DNA from: Geosiphon pyriformis uo1
Lineage: Eukaryota; Fungi; Glomeromycota
DNA length: 64,000 bases
Assembly: GCA_016748015.1 (NCBI GenBank)
Contig: JAAOMT010000071.1
Span: 124,001-188,000, forward strand
Direction of reading: 5' to 3'
Shown: positions 55,901 to 64,000 of the stretch, piece after piece
Layout: the number at the start of each line of letters is the position of its first letter
Numbering within the stretch: the first letter of the stretch is position 1
Notes under the pieces: generated by a model
Databases searched by the model: none
The model's input: only the letters and a program-made list of their open reading frames with translations
What the model was told of the DNA's origin: nothing
Made by a program: the position numbers and the translations under genes

Positions 55901-58900
55901 TATTTCATATAATAAATGTCATTTTTTTTTGTTCTTAAGATTTATTTCGACTTGTCAATATTTATTAGCTAAGTTTAAAAAAGAGAACTATTTCTTATTT
56001 TCTAAATTATCCAGAATTTTCTGAATAAAAAGAGTTAAGTAATTGTCTTTTTAAATAATACTATTAAGTTTTTAATAATCTACACAAAAATGTATTTTCC
56101 TATTTTTCTTAATAATCAATAAAACTAAAGAAAACCAGAGACTTAATAACTCTTTAATTAATCTATTATCTAGTATTTGTTGTATTTTCTGTTTAATCAG
56201 ATTGTTGTTTATTGAAGTTACTTAATAAGTCTATTGTCTATCTAAATTTGTTTTTACTGGCAAAGATATTGGCAAATTGGTTTAAGAAAACTTTAAGTTA
56301 TATATGTTGTAATGTACACAAATTTTCCAGATTTAATTTAGCAATTTTTTTTGATGTAAACAAGTAGCTTTTTTTTGGCAGATTTTATATTTTGAGAATT
56401 AATATTACAATATAGAAATAGTTGTATAAAATCAGAGATAGGTTGAGATTTCTCAGAATTCTAAATGTTCAAGAAAATAAAACCAATAAAAATTCTTTTA
56501 AAAATCTTAATAACATTTTTTATAAAATTGTAAATAAAGATTTTAAAGTATTTATAAGCTTTAATAAATATATATAAATTGACAAAATTAGCTAAAAAAC
56601 AGATTTCTGAATCAACTTCAAATAATAAAAGTTGATCATAAATTTTTCGATTTATTTTTAGAATGTACTGTTAATATAAGAGAATAAAAATAACTGTGTT
56701 GATATAAATAAGTTTTAATTTATCACTGTCTTTTATAATATTAACTAATATATATTTTTTTTACTTAATTCAAATTTTTTAATTTCTTGAACAGTGAACT
56801 TAATTCTTTGTGTGTAATAATTGAGATTAATTGCAATATTTTTACAAAAAACGAAAAAATAGTTTAAACAATTTTTTTTAGTGATTCAATTATATAGAGT
56901 TTATTAAAATTGTTTTCTAATATTATAATAATGTTTTCTGTGTATCTTGATTAATAATTCTTTTTTTTATGTCAATTTTTTTCTTTGTAAGACTAGCCCA
57001 AGAGGCAACTTGGACTATAGTACTAATAGAAATTTTCAAAGCTATTTTTATATTTATTTTTATAAGAAAATATAAGACTATAACTATAGAGATTTGTTTG
57101 AAATATCTTAAGTCAAATCCAGTATTATTTGTGTATGCTTTTTTAAGACATATTTTTTTATTGTTATTACTATACTACTTTAATTCTAATTTCTTAAAGA
57201 GGTTAAAATAGATAAAATACTGATCTATTTTAATAGTTTTACTCGGTTCTTAAAACAACATGTCTTTAATTATAAACTTATATTTTTTATTAAATTTTGT
57301 TAGTTTAGAGATAAAATATAGTGTTTTTGAAAATAAGTTGATTAAGAAACCACACTTATTATAATATTGAAAATAACAAAAAATTAGTAATGATTATACA
57401 GATTTGTATTAAAATCAACCAATTTTTGTTCCTGTTTTTTTTTAAGTAAAAGTGAGTTCTTGATAATATTCATAAAATTATTTTAGATTGTTTATATTAG
57501 AACCAAAAATATTGAAATTGAAAATATATTGCATTTTAACAGATTTTAATAGATTGCTTTTTATTTCTAAAATTTTGTTTAATATTATGTTTTTGACTTT
57601 AACACTTGTCATTCTTCAAATTTTATCTTTGTTATATAAGTAATTATTCAATTATAAAAAATTTTTTCACTATATAGCATCTATAAATATCTTTTTGCTT
57701 ATCCAATTGTTAATAAAAATAGTGTATTAACATAATTTATTATATGTTTTGCTTTGATCAAGAATGTTATTTCATATTTTTTTATCAAAAAAAGTTTGTT
57801 TATATGTAAAACAAGATTTGTTGTCTTATTTTTCTTGTTATTTGGGCTGTTTAAAATGTTCAAAAACACATAGGTGGCAATAATATCTAGTAATTATTGG
57901 CTAGTTTTTATTATTATTACAACAAGTGCTTATTAATGATAATTTTTTTCCATAATTAACATATATTAACTTTGGTTAATAATAAGTTAGGTGTCTTTTT
58001 TCAGTGGCAATATAATATTAATATATAAAAATGGTGACTAAAAATAAGGTGTTATTTTGTTTTTTTTTCTTTTTATATAAAAAGTAATAATAGTTTTTTT
58101 TTAAAATTGTCAATTCAAAATACTTAGTAAGTTTCAAATGTTAATTGTAGAATTATTTTTTTAAATTCAATTAGTAATTAGTCTAAAATTTGAGTTCTAA
58201 AATATTTACACATGACAGATACTTAAACATATTGTCTATTAAAAGTGATTTAAATTTTTTGTGTATTTTAGTTCAGTATAATATTGACTTTAGATAACCA
58301 ATTGTTTTTAACTAAGACTTAATATTAAGTAATTTCTATAATAAGTACTTTTATTAAGATTTAGATATCACTGATTTTAAAAAAAAATTATTGATTTCTT
58401 CTATTGAAGTTTTAGTATTCTTATTTGTAATGATTATTTAGATAGTAATTGTACAATCTACTCAATAATTTAGTTGGTTTATAAGTTGTTTCATAATTAT
58501 GCTGTTTATAGATCTACTATTGAATATTAATTTAATGTTTAATTGTTCTACTTTAGTATTAATATATATTACTGTAATTGATTTATCCTAATTAATAACA
58601 ACTCTACTAAAAAAAATTGGTGATGTTTAGACTATTGTTACTGGAGATTTTTAGGTCTCTTTTCTTAAATATTATTAATGTCTGTTTGTTGTAAATTCAC
58701 ATTTTCTAAAAGCAAATAAATCTCTAATAATTGAATTTATCTTCAAATTATCTTTTATAATTTGAACTGCTGAACTTATAAATAGAATAGCTAATTCCAT
58801 GCCAGTTACTTTATATAATTATATTGTAATAAATGTCAACTCTTTCCCAAAAATTGCTTGTCTAAAAGCTTACTAACAATGTGTAGTTATTTTGCTGTAA

Positions 58901-59597
58901 AAGTCAACTCTTTTATAAGAATCTTGTTTGCAGACTACTTTAATGATTATAATAAAAAAATAAAAAAAAATAAAAAAAATGTAAAAAAAATAAATTTTAT
59001 TAAAAGAATCGTTTTCTATTTAGGTTTGAAGCCACTAACAGATTATTGAAATTAGTAGCTAATCAATTTCAAAACATTAGTTGGGTTTCATAAATTTCAA
59101 ATATAATAATTAAAAATTTGGGTTTTTGAATATTTGATTTTTATTTAATTTATAAAGATGTGTAAAAGATAATTGATTTTAACTACAATATCTAATAAAA
59201 AATATATTTTTTTGAAATGAAAAGCTCTTCTTTTAAACAACTTATTATAGTACTAGTCTTTAAACTCAAACTTTTTTTTTGCTATAATTTCAATGAACTA
59301 AAAATACATTTTGGTAAACTACCAGTTATTTCTATAAACTATTAACTATTTTGGTGAATTATTTATTATTTCTACAAATTTCAGCAAATTTTTAAATATT
59401 AAATAGTTTAAAATATTATGTAATTTAATTATCTTGATTTTTATAATACAAATTGAGTTATTAATTAAATGGTAATATTTGATAATTTGATTAAATAATA
59501 AGTAATAATTTGAAACAATATTAATATATGCTAATTAATAATAGGAATTATAAGAGTAATTTTATGTTAGTTAATAATTAAAATTCTATTGGTAACA
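52921..59597 (-). mobile_element. Decayed Ty3/Gypsy element B: LTR 59397-59597, protease, Cys-rich region, dUTPase, RT/RH and integrase
   Basis: Protease ~58570->58250 (IKLIFNSRS from ILDSGS); dUTPase ~57150->56800; RT remnants ~55.5-56.2 kb; integrase YYWPIIYKNI..CNLYQ..NKIGINLVG at ~54715->54560. Confidence 0.75.
56800..57150 (-). pseudogene. dUTPase domain within Gypsy element B pol
   Basis: Reads AYTNNTGFDLRY (motif 1), IALKISISTIVQVASWASLTKKKIDIK (motif 2, ASRSSL), then decayed IID.GYTG and KIAQ remnants. Confidence 0.7.
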
Positions 59598-59599
59598 TA

Positions 59600-62500
59600 A
59601 TTTTTTTCTCAAAACTGAGTGCTATCAAAGTCCAAACACTATCTGTTATATTGAGATAGTAATCCAAAATAATTGTAATAATTTAGTCTGAAAATTGTTG
59701 AAATTTTAATTCTGTAAGTTTGTCAATATATTGAATTTTTATTGGTTAGAATATTGAATTTTGTAGAATATTTTTACAAGTATTAAATAAGTTGTAAAGT
59801 CTAAGTGCTGCTCTGAGTTTATAGTAAATGTTTATTAGTTAAGCTGCTGTTTTGAATTCATTGTGAATTTGTTTTTGTATAGCTTCAAAAATAAGATTTG
59901 TTGTTGCAAGTTCTAATTTTCATTTATAAAGTGTTTTTTTAATATAAAAATATCTATATATAAGAGTATATTTATTATTTTGTTTATTAAGATACTGTAA
60001 AAGTTTTTGTTAAATTATAGTATTTGAAGAAATATTAATAAGAACAAATAAAAGGTTTTTTTTTAATGTTTGCTTTAAAAGTTCTGGTAATTGACTTTTA
60101 AAATAATTTTTTGTGTTTCTTTTATAAAGGTAATAATTTTGAGAATTGTTTACTACTAATGTTGTAGTTTCTTTTTGGGTGTAATTAATTTAACTTTTAT
60201 TAATTGTTATAGATAAATCAAGAAATGTTTTCAAAGCTAACATTAATTTTTGGAATATTTGTTAAATATTTTAAGAAATAATTAGGATAAAAGTACCTAA
60301 ACTAAAAAATAAAAATTGAAAATTTTTTTTGAAAAATAAAGAAAATATTTTTGGGTCTAAAAACTTCATATATTTTTGTTTTGGGTATTTTTTGTAGTTA
60401 TTTTATTATTTTTATGGCTATATTACTAGAAATATTAAATTAAGTATTTAAGTTTAATTATTGTTCTATTACAACTATTGGTTTTAAATTTTGGAAAATA
60501 TCTTCAGAATTAATTAAAGAAGAATATATACCAATTTGTGGAATTAATAATTTAGGATTGTTTCTAAAATGATAATGTTTTAATTAATTTCTATGTAAAA
60601 CTTTTGCTAAAACTTTGTTATCAAGTCTTAATTTGTATGATCAAATTTTCTATTTCATTGTTTTTCAGTCTTAGTTTTGTATAAAAGAACTTTATTTTCA
60701 ATTTTAAATTTATTGGTAACTGGTAACAATTTGTTGTTATGCTGTTCTTTTTTTTGAGCTTGAAAGTATTTAGTATGAGTGACTGCAATTTGTTATTTTT
60801 TTTTTAATATACTAAAAAAAGTATAGGCTTTTTGTTAAAGTGTTTTTTAAAAGTTTTTTTCATTAATTAGTTGTACTAGGTATGTTTTACTATAAAATTG
60901 ATTGGTAATATTGCTGGTTTTTTATAAGTTAAATTAAAAGATGTGTGTTTCATGATATCTTGTTTTAGTGTTTTATATGCTAGTAACACTAATAAAATAA
61001 AGATATTATATTCTTGCTCAAAATTAATTAAGACTTTGGCTAATAATTCATACAGTATTCTGCTAAAATGTTCTACTAATCTATTTGTTTGTGAATAATA
61101 TAGTAATAATAGAGGTTGTTTAACATTAAACTATTCACAATTTTTTTGAATAGCTCTGGTTTTAGGCCATTTAGTAAAATAGTCTATCACAATTACAATA
61201 TAATAATTTTTTTGGTTTGTAATAAATAGTGGTCTAACTAAATTAATACCAACTTTGTTAAAAAATTGTTTAATTTTGATTAGATTTAATAGTTTTATGA
61301 AGCAATTTTCTTTTTTTTTTAACAACTATCACAAGATTTCACATATTTTTAAATGTTTTTTTGCATGTAGAGCCAAAAATAGTGTTTAAGTATTCTTTAA
61401 ATTGTTTCATCTTTTCTTAAATATGCTAATAATAAATTTGTGTATATGTTGTATAATATTGTTTACTTTTTATTCTCTTGTATTAATCTAAGTAAATTGA
61501 ATAAGTTTCTGTGATTTTAATAGTAAATTTTGTTGTAGTAGATAAAATATTGTTTAAATTGGTATTATAATCAGTGTTTTTTACTTAAAAACCAGTGTTT
61601 TGGTACAGTAAGAGTCTCTAAATAGTTTTTGATATTGTTGTAGTTTTTAGAGTCTATTGTTTATTAATTTGTTGTTAAACTAATAAGTTGTGTTGGAGTT
61701 GTATTAGTGTTAATTCTGTTTCATTTTTAAGAAACTGTTAATATTTGTATATAGTCTGCTTGGTTTGTAGTAAACAATAAATTTGTAATTAGCAAGAAAA
61801 TCAATTCATTAAAATTGTTTAGTATTGAGTTCAGAACTCTTTTTGTTAAGTTATTTGAAGCCAATATTGTTGAATTGGGTTTTATTTTAAAGATATTGTT
61901 AAAAGTGTTTTAAAGCCTAAATAATGGCTGCTGCTGCTTTTAATTCAGTGAATTCATATTTGAGTTCAGTTAATTTGAGATTTTTACTAGCATAAGCAAT
62001 TACTTGTTTATTATTATTGTTATCTAATTGCAATAAAATAGCACCAAAAGCTATATATAAAGCATTAGTGGCTAACTAAAATCTTTTACTAAAATTTGAA
62101 TATACAAGAATTGGTGCTGTAATAAATTTCTTTTTAAGAGTGTCAAATACTTGCTGTTAAGCTTGTGTTTATTAATATTTTATATTCTTGTTGATTAAGT
62201 AGTTAAGTAGTTTGGTAATTTTGGAGAATTCTTTAATAAATTTTAAGTAATAAGAGGTTAATTTTACAAATTTTCTTAATTCTGTTGTGTTTAAGAAATT
62301 TTAAAATTTTTAACAACACTAATTGTTCTTAGATTAGATTGAATTCCATTTTTGCTAACAATATGTTTAAGAAAGATTAAACTTGTTTTTCTAAAGTAAT
62401 ATTTTTCAATATTCAATTTTAATTTTGCTTTTTGTAATCATTAAAAAACTTTTTACAGGTAAATCAAATAGGTTTTAAAATTTAGAGAATATACATTAGT

Positions 62501-64000
62501 GTTATTTAAGTAAATAACTACTGATTGCCATAAAAGTTTTTTGTATACAATATTTATAAGTCACTAAAATGTTGCTGGTTTATTATAAAATTCAAAAAGC
62601 ATAATATTGAATTTGTAGTTTCTTTTTTGTATGGTAAATGCTGTTTTTAGTTAATCTTTAAAATCTATTTTAACTTGTTAGTATTTGCTTTTCAAGTCTA
62701 AAGTTGAAAAAAAACTTGGCTTTTTTCAAAACATCTAACATGTTATTAATTTTTGATAGTAAATAAGTATTTTCAATTATAATACTATTTAGTTGTTGAT
62801 AGTTTACACAAAATCTGATTTTGCTGTTTTTTTTTAACAAAGATCACTGATGAAATCCAAGAGCTTTTTGATGATTAAATAAAACTATTATTAAATATTT
62901 ATTGAACTTTTTTTTTAATAAATTGGTGGCTAACAAGTAAAACTCAATAGACTTGTTAAAATTTTGGTGAAGTATTTTCTGTATAAATCTGATGCTATAC
63001 AATGTCAGTTTTTTCAAGATCATTATTATTTTTGGTAAATATATTGGCATATTTGGTAATCAACTGTTTTAATTGTCTTTGTTATTAGGATTCTAAGAAA
63101 CTTATGTTAATTTGAAAGAGCTTTTCTTCTAAGATATGATAATTTTCAGTAATAAAAATAATGTTTGGATTTGAAAGTAGAATATGTTTTACAATTTCAA
63201 TGAAATTAGAGACAATTTAAGAGGTTTTATCTTAAAAAATGTTGCTATATATAATTTCAATTTCTAATTTATTTAATAAAATAATGGGATAATTATTGGA
63301 GTTGTAGAAGATAACTCAAAATTTCTTTATTTTTTTTGAAATATAAATATTTGGAATTGAGATTTCATGCTTTAAACAGATTTGTTCATTGAATTCAAAA
63401 ATTTGTTGAGTAGTAGTAGACTTTAGACAAATGTAAATTTCATGATATTCTCCAAAAAGTAAAATGATAATTGGTTAGAAAAGTTAAAGAATCTAGTAAA
63501 ATTCATTTTATGTATTAAAAACTATGTTTACTAGAACTGTAAATTATCTAATTAAACCAAAATCTTGGGTTTTTCTTTCACTTTTTCCTAATTATTCTTT
63601 GTTTTTGATTGATTGTAAACTCGAAATGTTAATTAAGAGTAGATAAATTGTTTGAGCAATTTTTTCAGCATGTTTGATTTTGAATAATTTGTTGATTTCA
63701 TTTTGTAACAAGATTGTAATATCTCTAATGTATTTTGCATCTATAATTTCTCTTCTAACATTGATTTTTTTGCTTGCCAATAATAATTGAGAAGTAATTT
63801 AAACTATTGTTCTTGGTAGAATTTTAAGAACAATTTTTAGATTGATTTTTGTCAGAAATTTTGGTTGAAAAATTAAAATATCTTTTTCTGGATATTGTAA
63901 ATTATATCTAACATCAATTTTATAAGCTTTCTCTGGTTTTATTTTTTGTTTATTGTTGTCAAAATATTTGAGTTTTATGACAGGCTAATTTTTAGTGAGA
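59600..64000 (-). mobile_element. Decayed Ty3/Gypsy element C (dUTPase-RT-RH-IN); 5' part lies beyond the window
   Basis: Integrase ORF 61131-61325 (FNKVGINLVRPL..IVIDYFTKWP); RNase H TAPILVYSNFSKRF*LATNAL..FGAILLQ at ~62120->62025; RT FSTLDLKSKY*QV at ~62710->62670. Confidence 0.85.
63560..63940 (-). pseudogene. dUTPase domain within Gypsy element C pol
   Basis: PEKAYKIDVRYNLQYP (decayed AGYDL). ORF 63592-63780 LASKKINVRREIIDAKYIRDITILLQN..EKIAQTIYL corresponds to motifs 2-4 (GGIIDAGY.G, KIAQ). Confidence 0.8.

Overview
Very AT-rich eukaryotic DNA. The intron style and transposon families suggest an early-diverging fungus of the Glomeromycotina type (inference). The window is almost entirely nested transposable elements around one CpG-retaining island (~27.9-33.1 kb) that carries a single 3-exon gene for a 447-aa 7TM/GPCR-like protein. 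Elements seen: (i) an APE-RT-RNase H LINE family in five copies at different decay stages; (ii) two copies of a ~2.3-kb ORF1-only ('half-LINE') element that carries the LINE 3' UTR and poly(A), one with a perfect 15-bp TSD; (iii) two Tc1-type families and a pogo/Tigger DNA transposon with TIRs and TA TSDs; (iv) several decayed minus-strand Ty3/Gypsy elements, two of which encode a dUTPase between protease and RT. The most notable observations are the ORF1-only retroelement with apparently exchangeable, structured 3' tails, a strong repeat-restricted C>T/G>A decay gradient not limited to CpG (RIP-like), and dUTPase plus an unknown Cys-rich domain in Gypsy pol. All alignments were made by eye and boundaries of decayed elements are approximate.
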